DNA of 64,000 nucleotides from Alphaproteobacteria bacterium (GTDB lineage Bacteria; Pseudomonadota; Alphaproteobacteria; CAAHEQ01; UBA3637): NCBI GenBank assembly GCA_017453485.1, contig JAFTEW010000056.1, positions 5,141 to 69,140 of the forward strand, read 5' to 3'. Shown piece by piece: positions 26,696 to 35,773 of this stretch (position 1 is its first letter; each line of letters starts with the position of its first letter). The notes under the pieces were generated by a model. It saw only the letters and a program-made list of their open reading frames with translations, ran no database searches and was not told where the DNA came from. The position numbers and the translations under genes were made by a program.

Positions 26696-27985
26696 CTATT
26701 GATCAACATATTTCTTTAACACAGATGGCACAACCGGCGCCATTTCCGAAGCCGTCAGAACGGTCGGAGATGGAGACCACTTGCTTTCCTCTTCATAACA
26801 TTCTTTCATCAAATCGTCAATTTGACTTTCATTGTATTTTCCGTCTTTGTTATGAACAAGTTCACCATAATTTTTCTTACCGCATTCAATTTCGCAGGCT
26901 TTCCAGGCACCTTCTGCCGAACCCCCGTTTTTCAGATTGTTCTTCAAACACTCTGATTTCTGGGCACTAACCGGTTCACACATACCCTTTGATAATTTAC
27001 AACAGTATTGTTTGGCGGCTTCCCTCGAACTGCCGGCACCTGAACCCGAACCGGATTCAGCAACGATATTGGTTTTCAAACCATTATTTGAAGTATTGCT
27101 CCCTTCCGATCCGAACAAAGTATTAACCCATAAATCACAGCAATAATCACCGGTAGCCTGTCCTTTACCAAGGCCACCGACCCCCATCGCAGCGCAGGCA
27201 CGCGTATCCATATCCCGCACACCTTCATTTTGATGATAGGATCCGTAAACGGATTCCAAATTATAAATCCCGGCCGTCAGGTTTCCCCAGTCAATGGTTG
27301 GCACACCAGTTCCTTCCGAAGATGTTTTATCCAACTGATCATTCAAATCAGTCACAACCTCTTCATTTACCAAACGTGTCAATTCTTTGCCAGTTGCAAA
27401 ATCTTTTACTTTTTGCTTGACATCCTGACCGATATCATCCTCAACAGCCTTTAAAGATTCACTATCCAAAATACTTAAATTACCCTTAAACCCTTTGGTA
27501 TAGTTATCAAACTCACCTTTGGCATTTTGCATTTCCTGAGTTAAACTGTTCTTGGCTTTTTCAGACATCCCTTTAATACCGTCTATCTGTCCTTGGACTC
27601 CGCCTTTCAGATCCCCGAATTGATCTTTGGCTTCATTCCACTCTTTTGTCAGTTCACTGACCTTGGCCAAAGAACCGTCTTTTAACTTATCAATTTCTTT
27701 ATTGATGTTTTTCTTGGCATCCTTGACATCATCGGAAACGGCAAAAGCGGCCGGACCTTCCGCAACAGCCTCTAACAAGTCCTCTATGGTATCATAGTTC
27801 TTATCATCAATTAAGGAACTTTGTTTAACCAATTCCTTAGGATCCGTGAACTTACTGCTCATCCCGGCCAAATCGGCGACACCTTTGGAAGACGAGGCAT
27901 CTTGTGCGAAAGCATTTGACCCACCAATCATCAGGGCTACCCCGAACAACGCAATGCTTGTCTGTTTTAAAAAGATATTCTTCAT
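26696..27985 (-). CDS. Secreted 429-aa protein. K/D/E-rich helical N-half, internal GVPTIDWG motif, Cys-rich C-terminal region.
   Basis: Signal peptide. The internal GVPTIDWGNLTAGIYNL resembles the mature N-terminus of the neighbouring paralog (GVPVYGWGEVINQTL). 14 Cys in the last 120 aa. Confidence 0.45.
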   Translation of the reverse strand: MKNIFLKQTSIALFGVALMIGGSNAFAQDASSSKGVADLAGMSSKFTDPKELVKQSSLIDDKNYDTIEDLLEAVAEGPAAFAVSDDVKDAKKNINKEIDKLKDGSLAKVSELTKEWNEAKDQFGDLKGGVQGQIDGIKGMSEKAKNSLTQEMQNAKGEFDNYTKGFKGNLSILDSESLKAVEDDIGQDVKQKVKDFATGKELTRLVNEEVVTDLNDQLDKTSSEGTGVPTIDWGNLTAGIYNLESVYGSYHQNEGVRDMDTRACAAMGVGGLGKGQATGDYCCDLWVNTLFGSEGSNTSNNGLKTNIVAESGSGSGAGSSREAAKQYCCKLSKGMCEPVSAQKSECLKNNLKNGGSAEGAWKACEIECGKKNYGELVHNKDGKYNESQIDDLMKECYEEESKWSPSPTVLTASEMAPVVPSVLKKYVDQ

Positions 27986-27995
27986 GGCTTCCTCC

Positions 27996-28706
27996 TTAAA
28001 TATTACCTTCCAAGGCCACCAATCCGGTTGAGATTAAATCATCCCCCATCAAGGATAAGCGCGTGTTAATATTTTTCTGTGTTTCTTCCTGTAATCGCAT
28101 CAAAGTTGCTAAAACAGCCTGCTGCGACTCGGCATTATCCAATTCTTTCTGCGTATCGGCAATGGCTTCGGCTACATTTGCCGTTTCTGACTGAGCCAAC
28201 CAGGCTTTTGCCAACCCGCTTGTTGCTGCCCGTTCCATAGATACAGCCCGTTCTTGAGCCCGCTTATTCTTTTCCGCAGTTGTCATTTTCAAACGATCTG
28301 CTTCTTTTGCCGGATACGTCACCGTCTCATTCAGCCGTTCGGCCACCTGTTCAATATTTTTACCGCATTTGGCAATCGCGATACGACCGTATTCAGACCC
28401 TTCACCCAATACGTTTTGTAATCCTTCGTATTGACCGGTTACGGCTTCGGACATGTCCGTCAAACTGTCTTTCAAGTTTTTCTTTAACGAAGATGCACTG
28501 AATGTTTCCGGGCTGCCAACTGCATCCAAGGTTGTATTAACAAGTCGTTTATGGGTTTCCACCAAATCTCGGATATAATCACCTTTTCCGTTATCCAGGG
28601 TCTGATTAATCACTTCACCCCAACCGTAAACAGGAACACCACTGGCCATAGCACCCGTTCCAACCATCATGATACCCACTAAGGCTAAATAGTATAAATG
28701 TTTCAT
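27996..28706 (-). CDS. Secreted alpha-helical protein, VirB5/TrbJ-like paralog 4 (ends ...ALEGNI)
   Basis: Signal peptide. Mature start SGVPVYGWGEV. Shares the C-terminal tail EGNI with the next gene. Confidence 0.45.
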   Translation of the reverse strand: MKHLYYLALVGIMMVGTGAMASGVPVYGWGEVINQTLDNGKGDYIRDLVETHKRLVNTTLDAVGSPETFSASSLKKNLKDSLTDMSEAVTGQYEGLQNVLGEGSEYGRIAIAKCGKNIEQVAERLNETVTYPAKEADRLKMTTAEKNKRAQERAVSMERAATSGLAKAWLAQSETANVAEAIADTQKELDNAESQQAVLATLMRLQEETQKNINTRLSLMGDDLISTGLVALEGNI

Positions 28707-28717
28707 GGCTCGCCTCC

Positions 28718-29476
28718 TTAAATATTACCTTCTTTATCCTGCAAAGGACCGGCCGTTCTGGACAATCCCTGCAACACCTGCAACGCCCGAATACCGGCAT
28801 CGGTTGCCTCAACGGCTGACGCATGTAAAGACCGCTCGTAAATATGGCGGTCCATCCCGGTAATTAACTCATACATAGCACCGACATCCTTTGCCTTAGC
28901 AATTTGTTCGGCCCGTTTTTTAGGTTGGGAATCATCCGCACTGACACCCGCATTAACCGTTTCGGTAGCACCCATAGCGATGCCAGAAGTTGCAAAATCA
29001 TTAATGGCAATACGCTGATTTTCCATAATTTTCTTTGTTTCGGCCGTTGTATATTTAATTCCTTTTTTAGCCTGAACCACCAAATTCTTTTCAATTTGTT
29101 CCCGTGTTTCCTGCGTATAATTTCCCAAATTCGGCACGTCCTTTAATCTATAACCGGTCCCCGAGTGGGCAATAATGTTTGAACCGTTACCTGCCATTTC
29201 TTGTGTTTCCGAAATAATTTCATTAACCTTACCATCAACACCCCGCAGGCTGCCACCGCCGACCTTTCCCAAGGTATCCGTATAAAGAACCTCATCATAC
29301 TTTAAAGCTTCCTGTTTCCACCGTGTCAACTCGGATTCAATCAATAACTTCAAATCCGGGAAAGAGAACTCATAAATCGACGCAATCGGAATCAGGAATG
29401 CCGCCCGAGCAACACTGGCCGTCAAACATAATCCGACAACAGCGGCGCTGCCGAGATAGAAACTTATTCTTTTCAT
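28718..29476 (-). CDS. Secreted alpha-helical protein, VirB5/TrbJ-like paralog 5 (ends ...KEGNI)
   Basis: Signal peptide. Mature start AAFLIPIASIYEF. AGGAGG RBS. First gene of the block after the promoter. Confidence 0.45.
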   Translation of the reverse strand: MKRISFYLGSAAVVGLCLTASVARAAFLIPIASIYEFSFPDLKLLIESELTRWKQEALKYDEVLYTDTLGKVGGGSLRGVDGKVNEIISETQEMAGNGSNIIAHSGTGYRLKDVPNLGNYTQETREQIEKNLVVQAKKGIKYTTAETKKIMENQRIAINDFATSGIAMGATETVNAGVSADDSQPKKRAEQIAKAKDVGAMYELITGMDRHIYERSLHASAVEATDAGIRALQVLQGLSRTAGPLQDKEGNI

Positions 29477-29536
29477 AGATACCTCCTTGTATAATCAATA
29501 TGAAAATTCCGGGAAGTAAACTCCCCCTTTTCTTCT

Positions 29537-29564
29537 ATTCTACCATCGTTTACGGGGCTGTCAA
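29537..29564 (-). promoter_or_regulatory. Candidate promoter for the paralog array / T4SS block (TTGACA-N16-TAGAAT), overlapping the 3' end of folD
   Basis: Minus strand. TTGACA at 29564–29559, a 16-nt spacer, TAGAAT at 29542–29537, about 55 nt upstream of AGGAGG/ATG at 29476. Confidence 0.45.
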
Positions 29565-30415
29565 GCCTTTTTTTTAATATTTTTTTGGACATAAACCTTG
29601 ACAACATTGCTGAGCAACATTGTCACTGTCATCGGTCCGACACCACCGGGGACCGGTGTAATGGCCCCGGCCACACCCTGAACGGCATCAAAATCAACGT
29701 CCCCGCAAATTTTTCCATCCGCATTACGGTTAATACCAACGTCAATGATGACGGCACCGGGTTTAACATGTTCCCGACCGATCAGATGCGGATGCCCCGC
29801 CGCCACCACCAAAATATCGGCTGTTTTACAAACCTCCGCCAATCTTTGTGTATGGGAATGGGCTTGTGTAATTGTGCATTGGCTTTCCAACAACAACTGC
29901 CCGACCGGTTTTCCGACCAAACAGGACCGCCCGACAACGACGGCCTGTAATCCCTCTAAATTTGGGCATACTTGATGAATCAACTCCATACAAGCCAATG
30001 GCGTGCACGGCACCAATCCCGGGCGACCTGTAAATAATTTTCCCAAATTAGAACTACATAACCCATCAACATCCTTTTCCGGGTCAATGGTTTCCAATAC
30101 TTTAAAAGCATCAAGATGCGACGGTAGTGGTAATTGCACAATGATACCATCAACCGTTTTGTTTTGATTGAGCTCCCGAATAAAAGAAATTAAGGAATCC
30201 TGAGTTAATACAGGGGACAGGTGGAATAAGTCCACCTCTATTCCCACCTCGGCAGCCGATTTCATTTTATGTCGCACATAAATCTGGCTGGCCGGATTAT
30301 CACCCACCAATACAACAGCCAATTTCGGAGCCCGTGAAAATTGTTCTACCTGCTCTTTTAACTGCGCCCGAATAGTTGCCGCCAGTTTTTTACCATCAAT
30401 TATTTTTGTTTTCAT
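29561..30415 (-). CDS. folD: Bifunctional methylenetetrahydrofolate dehydrogenase/cyclohydrolase
   Basis: MKTKIIDGKKLAATIRAQLKEQV... The typical FolD N-terminus and length (about 285 aa). Internal start chosen at MKTKI. Confidence 0.9.
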   Translation of the reverse strand: MKTKIIDGKKLAATIRAQLKEQVEQFSRAPKLAVVLVGDNPASQIYVRHKMKSAAEVGIEVDLFHLSPVLTQDSLISFIRELNQNKTVDGIIVQLPLPSHLDAFKVLETIDPEKDVDGLCSSNLGKLFTGRPGLVPCTPLACMELIHQVCPNLEGLQAVVVGRSCLVGKPVGQLLLESQCTITQAHSHTQRLAEVCKTADILVVAAGHPHLIGREHVKPGAVIIDVGINRNADGKICGDVDFDAVQGVAGAITPVPGGVGPMTVTMLLSNVVKVYVQKNIKKKA

Positions 30416-30425
30416 CAAAAGACCC

Positions 30426-31592
30426 CTATTTATATTCAATAACAACGTCCCGTTTTATTTCGGACAACAGTTGTCGTGATATCAATTCCATTTTTTCACT
30501 TTCCAATTGGCTTTGCAACTCTGCATCCGTCGGCATAACCCGTTCTTCACTTTCACTACATTTCATAAAATAAAGCAATCCGGCCGGTGTTTGCATGGGC
30601 CCGGCCACTGTTTTAAATTTTGCCTTTTTTAATATTTGCAAAATATCGGTTGGCAACTGAGCCGGACTGACTCGTCCTTGTTGCAAACTACCCGCTACGG
30701 CATCATCTTTAACTATTTCAACAAAGGTTTTACAACCGCCTTTAACAGGTTGTTGCAACAACGTATTAGCAATACTGTCTGGTGGCACAATGGCCTGAGC
30801 CAATTCCCAGATTTTAATCGTATCACCCCGAACAGCTTCCCGTTTATTCAACATTAAAATTAAAGCATATCCCCCGGATACAGGAATCGGCCGCGACAGT
30901 TGGCCGACCTGCATTTGGTCCAAAATCTCGGCAACATCGGCACCATAGTAATTACGGGTCACACCGCTAACACGCCCACCGTTGACCCGACTGTCCGCTG
31001 TTGAGTGTAATTCAACCATTGTCCCGAAATCGGCCCCATCCTGCAATCGTTGCCAAACGGTTAAAGCTTCCTCTTCTGTTGGCATAACAATCTCGGCAAA
31101 ACTGATGGATTCCCGGCTTAACTCCTTTTTAATAACTTTATGTCTGGCCTGAATTTCCGCCGGTTTTACCGTTAATGTCCGACCGGCCTTTTGCATAACC
31201 CGCAACCAACCTAAATTGGCCGCTGTCTGATTGACCAACGTTTGATAAGGCACGCCCTGCTCGGCCATCATTTTTCGGAATCCCCCCGATGGCAGACCGT
31301 TTTGTGCTTCCAGATGAGCCAAGGCTTCCGCTACTTCTTCATCGGATACTTGAATTTGCTGTTTGGCAATCTCTTGCATTTTAATCCGTTCATCAATCAA
31401 ATCATCCAAAGCCTCTTTACGTAAATCATCGGTTAATTTTCCAACACGACCGGCCTGTTGCAACATGATCATTTTAGCCCGAGACTCCACATCAAAAGCC
31501 GAAATCGGCGTATCATTGACGATTGCTTTTATTTCACCGGCCCAAACCGGCAACCCGACAAGAACAATCCCCAAAATTCCCCAATACTTCAT
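30426..31592 (-). CDS. surA: SurA-like periplasmic chaperone / PPIase
   Basis: Signal peptide. SurA_N-like region. Position between lptD and folD as in many alphaproteobacteria. Confidence 0.7.
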   Translation of the reverse strand: MKYWGILGIVLVGLPVWAGEIKAIVNDTPISAFDVESRAKMIMLQQAGRVGKLTDDLRKEALDDLIDERIKMQEIAKQQIQVSDEEVAEALAHLEAQNGLPSGGFRKMMAEQGVPYQTLVNQTAANLGWLRVMQKAGRTLTVKPAEIQARHKVIKKELSRESISFAEIVMPTEEEALTVWQRLQDGADFGTMVELHSTADSRVNGGRVSGVTRNYYGADVAEILDQMQVGQLSRPIPVSGGYALILMLNKREAVRGDTIKIWELAQAIVPPDSIANTLLQQPVKGGCKTFVEIVKDDAVAGSLQQGRVSPAQLPTDILQILKKAKFKTVAGPMQTPAGLLYFMKCSESEERVMPTDAELQSQLESEKMELISRQLLSEIKRDVVIEYK

Positions 31593-34500
31593 TACATACC
31601 TCCCAACGTTTTCAAAATAACCTTTGCCATAAACGAGATTGAACCTTTATAGTCCCGATCTTGTGTATAGGATTTATCCACCTCAAAAACAAGGGCTGTA
31701 CATTCATTATCATATCGAATGGCCCCACCGGCTTTGACCGGTTCTCCTTTGCCGGATAAATCATAGCGATAAAACCCAGACACGGCAAAATTTCGCGTCA
31801 ATTGACTGGAAGCCGTATAAACGATTTCTTCCCGACCGTCATACCGATTATCCCCGATGGCATAAGCCTTTCGCATCACATAACTGAGTCCCAATCGCAA
31901 CGGTGCCGACCCGACATTCACACCGATTTCATTTTTTTGAGCTTGAAAGGTCTTTTGATCCAATCGGGTCCGATATAAAAACGAAAAGTAAGGAATATTG
32001 ACTTGAACCCGCCCGACATAGTTTGAAAAATGCGGCCCATAGCCCATCAATCCCGTCATCATTTCATCATTATCAAACCGATATGATTGCCCGAACAAAG
32101 CCGAAATAGAACGGCCTGTTTTATGATTAAAGCGTGACCATTTTATTCCGTAATTCAAACGAGTGCCCGGTTCTACCCGATCATATCCCGAAAATCGGTT
32201 GGCGGAGAATAAATCCGTATCATCAAAATCAAAAACAAGACTGTCTATGTTGGGAATTTTTTCCCTGTTTCCACCGTTCGGTGCTGCGACCAACTGAGCG
32301 ATCGGTTCAAAAATTTGTGTTGTATCCTTTTGATTCCGGACCAGGGGATAGGACATCATCACTGATACATTCGGATAAATTCGTCCCGTATTGTATGTTT
32401 CATCTGCTCTGCGTCCGGCAAAGGCATATCTTCCTGTATCTACCGCATATCCGTCCGCCCGAATAAAACCCGTTGTTTCTGTTGCCAATCCCCAGGAGGT
32501 AATATATGGCATTTTAAGCCCCTGAGTCACCGAAAGCCGATTAGATTTAAAATGATCCCGGGTATTAAACATCATTGCATTAACGGCACTGAATCCATAA
32601 ATACCCGTATTTCCAAATGGTTGCGTATTATATTGATAGTCAATCACCGGCAAAATAACGGGTATCGAGTGGCTGCTGACCCCGTCCTGTAAACTTTGGA
32701 ACGAATAGAATTTCGCCCGAAAATAGTTCCGATTACCGAAACGTTCCGCCGTCAAATGGGACGTTAAAAATGGTTCAGTATCATCAATCCCCGGCAGCTG
32801 ATACCGACGGAAATACGTATCTGTCGCCGTTTTATAGAGCCGACCCGATGCTTTCCAGTGCTCTGTTATATCATATTGAAAAGAAGCATCAATATGTCCC
32901 TCTTTGCGGTTATCCCCATGATCTTTTGTGCCACTGGCCTGAATGGACAGGACCCCGGCGGAAAAACGTCCCTGATAATCCAATAATCCCATCGGGAAAT
33001 GTTCAGGAGCGATAATCGGTGTCAAGGTTAGGTTTTGATTATCTGCCATATTGATAAAGTAAGGAACGGATACCCCATGCCGCATCTCGTGCGTGCTACT
33101 GATACTCGGGTTCAAGAAACCACTGCGCCGTTTAACGGTAAAATCAGGCATTCGCCAGTAGGGCATATAAAATACCGGTATATCCTTCACATCCAAAAAA
33201 GCGTGTTTATAGACCAAATCATGATTTTCCGAATCATTCCAAACGGTTTTGGACCGTAACCGCCATAGGGGAGCGACCCCTTCACACACATCACATGGCG
33301 TATAGACAGCCTCGGTCAAATAAGAATCCCCATTTGCCATCCGTTCCATTTTTTCGGCACCTAAATAACTGCCCTCATACATCCGGATATCCGTTTCACC
33401 AGTGACCATCGTACTTAAATCACCGGCCATAATACCGTTTTTCGTATGAGCCTTTGTACCATCTAACATAATAATGGTAATTTGGTTGGGTGCTGTTATT
33501 TGATTTTGTGTTTTATCAAAGGTGATCTGTTCCGTTTGAACAGTCATCGGCCCCTGTTTCAGGACAACATTTCCCGAAGCAACCAATACATTTTGTTTCT
33601 GTTGATAGGCTATTTTATCTGCTTCAAAATCAACGGGAGCCTTTGTATCTATTTTGGCAAACTTAACATCAGCTGCTTGTCCGTTCACGGCCCCAGCAAA
33701 AATAACCATCAAGCACAATGCACCGAAACGGAATAACCTTTTTCCTTTCCTTTTCATTTGCGGATGCAATAAGAACAATGCCGGAGAAAAAACATTCAAC
33801 GCAACAAAGGTTAACCAAAACAAATTATTGCCGGCCATATTTTCAAACATCAAGGCACACGACTGTATTAATAATGCAGCCCCGACCGTTGCATAAATCC
33901 GACCAGACTGTCCCCGACGATTATAGTGCCCCGATAAAATACCGAACATAATCAGGAACATAAAAGTGATATTATACAACGGTTGGACCAGGCGCTTTAC
34001 AAACTCAACCTTATGTTTCCGCCAAAGCGGCGCTCGTCCCCCGACATCGACTTTCTTCTTCATCAGCAACTCCCGCAAAGATAATTCCCGAACATCGGAC
34101 GTTCGGGTACCACTTTTCCCCTTATCGGCAAAACTCATGGTATATTTTTCAAATTTTAAGATGGAAAATTGATTCGTTTTTGGCTGATATTCCTGACGCG
34201 ACCCGTCATGAAATTCAACACGGATACCATCCGGTTCCTGAAAAACAATACCGTAATTGGCCGATAAAATAGATACCCGTTTCGGATCTTTGGCATCATA
34301 GGCTAAAATTCCTTTAACCGTACCATCTTGCGTCCTTTCTTTTACATAGAGTGTTAACCCGTTCCCAACCGAGTTAAATTGACCCTCCTGCAACAATAAA
34401 TGTGACAAATCATTTCTGATTTTCCACTTCATCTCGCGCAACTCCGTATTGGACATCGGAATAATAAAAACAGAGAACAAATATCCCAAAACCGTCAAAA

Positions 34501-34825
34501 CGGCCGCCATCTTAAATACAGGACGCATAATGTCTCTGGGACTCATCCCGACAGCCTGCATTACCATCAACTCTTTATCCGATTGCATGCGAATCAAGGT
34601 AAACAACGTCACGGCAAACAATGCCAATGGCGACAAAACCTGTAAAAAATTCGGCAACACCAAAACCGTTAATTTCAGGAAAACACCGACCGATACCCCC
34701 TTAGTGACAATCATGTCAATCATACGCAGCGACTGCGTTAACCAAACCAAGACCGTCATGCTTGTCAAAACAAGCACAAAACCGACAATTATTTGTTTTA
34801 ACGTGTATCTATCAATAATTTTCAT
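31592..34825 (-). CDS. lptD: LptG-like permease (N-terminal ~365 aa) fused in frame to LptD/OstA (C-terminal ~710 aa). Single 1077-codon ORF.
   Basis: The N-part has YjgP/YjgQ permease topology. At aa ~368 comes ...FLLHPQ-MKRKGKRLFRFGALCLMVIFAGAVNGQA, an LptD-type signal peptide. OstA-N (VLVASGNVVLKQGPMTVQTEQITFD) and the LptD beta-barrel follow. No in-frame stop separates the two parts. An A/G-rich tract (AAAAGGAAAGGAAAAAGG) sits at the junction. Confidence 0.7.
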   Translation of the reverse strand: MKIIDRYTLKQIIVGFVLVLTSMTVLVWLTQSLRMIDMIVTKGVSVGVFLKLTVLVLPNFLQVLSPLALFAVTLFTLIRMQSDKELMVMQAVGMSPRDIMRPVFKMAAVLTVLGYLFSVFIIPMSNTELREMKWKIRNDLSHLLLQEGQFNSVGNGLTLYVKERTQDGTVKGILAYDAKDPKRVSILSANYGIVFQEPDGIRVEFHDGSRQEYQPKTNQFSILKFEKYTMSFADKGKSGTRTSDVRELSLRELLMKKKVDVGGRAPLWRKHKVEFVKRLVQPLYNITFMFLIMFGILSGHYNRRGQSGRIYATVGAALLIQSCALMFENMAGNNLFWLTFVALNVFSPALFLLHPQMKRKGKRLFRFGALCLMVIFAGAVNGQAADVKFAKIDTKAPVDFEADKIAYQQKQNVLVASGNVVLKQGPMTVQTEQITFDKTQNQITAPNQITIIMLDGTKAHTKNGIMAGDLSTMVTGETDIRMYEGSYLGAEKMERMANGDSYLTEAVYTPCDVCEGVAPLWRLRSKTVWNDSENHDLVYKHAFLDVKDIPVFYMPYWRMPDFTVKRRSGFLNPSISSTHEMRHGVSVPYFINMADNQNLTLTPIIAPEHFPMGLLDYQGRFSAGVLSIQASGTKDHGDNRKEGHIDASFQYDITEHWKASGRLYKTATDTYFRRYQLPGIDDTEPFLTSHLTAERFGNRNYFRAKFYSFQSLQDGVSSHSIPVILPVIDYQYNTQPFGNTGIYGFSAVNAMMFNTRDHFKSNRLSVTQGLKMPYITSWGLATETTGFIRADGYAVDTGRYAFAGRRADETYNTGRIYPNVSVMMSYPLVRNQKDTTQIFEPIAQLVAAPNGGNREKIPNIDSLVFDFDDTDLFSANRFSGYDRVEPGTRLNYGIKWSRFNHKTGRSISALFGQSYRFDNDEMMTGLMGYGPHFSNYVGRVQVNIPYFSFLYRTRLDQKTFQAQKNEIGVNVGSAPLRLGLSYVMRKAYAIGDNRYDGREEIVYTASSQLTRNFAVSGFYRYDLSGKGEPVKAGGAIRYDNECTALVFEVDKSYTQDRDYKGSISFMAKVILKTLGGM

Positions 34826-34828
34826 ATA

Positions 34829-35773
34829 TCATCCTTTTGGGCTACTATACGACAAAGGATGAGAATTTTCAACTATCTTTTTCAACCGATCCGGCAAAAC
34901 ATGCGTATAAATTTCTGTCGTGGCAATATCGGCATGCCCCAACATCTTCTGAACCGACCGCAAATCTGCGTCATGCGCCACCAAATGGCTGGCAAATGAA
35001 TGCCGAAAAACATGCGGAGATACCTTTTCCGGTGGAATACCCGCTAACAATGCTATTTTCTTTAAGTGCTTAAAAAAACCGTCCCGCGTTAAATGACCGG
35101 AATGACTTTTAGACGGGAATAACCACTTATTGATACGACCGACCGGCAATACGCTTTCCCGCTCCATCCGCCATACATCCAATGCCCGAACGGCCGGTTC
35201 ATTCAAGGGGACAATTCGTTCTTTGTTTCCCTTGCCCAAAATGGTCAATGTTTGCTGATTTTCATCAATGGCTGTCACAGGCAATCCCACCAATTCACTA
35301 ACCCGTGCCCCTGTTGCATACAGAACCTCCAACAACGTATAAAGACGTTTGTCCTCGTTTTGGGCTGTATTCAGCAATGTCGCCACTTCCGCCTCACTTA
35401 AATACTTCGGTAAGGATTTACCGATTTTCGGTGACAACAAATAATCCGACGGATTCTTGGCAATTCGATTTTCCGAAAACAGGAATCGATAAAATTCACG
35501 AATAGCCGATAAACGCCGCGCTTGCGTCTTCGGTGCCAACCCACTGACCGCCAGTTGTTGAATATAGGTTGCCAAATCTCCCCGTTTAACCTGTTTTAGC
35601 GAAATTTGTCGCATATGCAAAAAGGCTTCTAAATCCCTCAAATCACGCCGATATGCTTCAACGGTCCGAGGACTCGCCCCCCGTTCAGCCACCATCATTT
35701 CCAAAAAGGCCTCTATATCAGCTTGCACAATTGTTATCCCCGATTCTATATTTTTTCCGCCGGCGGCAACCAT
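34829..35773 (-). CDS. xerD: Tyrosine recombinase XerD
   Basis: AYRRDL..., ...LGHADIATTEIYTHV...HP. Catalytic R..H..R..Y pattern present. Chromosomal context fits. Confidence 0.85.
   Translation of the reverse strand: MVAAGGKNIESGITIVQADIEAFLEMMVAERGASPRTVEAYRRDLRDLEAFLHMRQISLKQVKRGDLATYIQQLAVSGLAPKTQARRLSAIREFYRFLFSENRIAKNPSDYLLSPKIGKSLPKYLSEAEVATLLNTAQNEDKRLYTLLEVLYATGARVSELVGLPVTAIDENQQTLTILGKGNKERIVPLNEPAVRALDVWRMERESVLPVGRINKWLFPSKSHSGHLTRDGFFKHLKKIALLAGIPPEKVSPHVFRHSFASHLVAHDADLRSVQKMLGHADIATTEIYTHVLPDRLKKIVENSHPLSYSSPKG

Noticed and set aside
34829-35773. Tyrosine recombinase as an island integrase
   Set aside because: The sequence (AYRRDL...GHADIATTEIYTHV) and its position beside lptD/surA identify it as the housekeeping chromosome-dimer resolvase XerD. 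No att-like repeats flank it.
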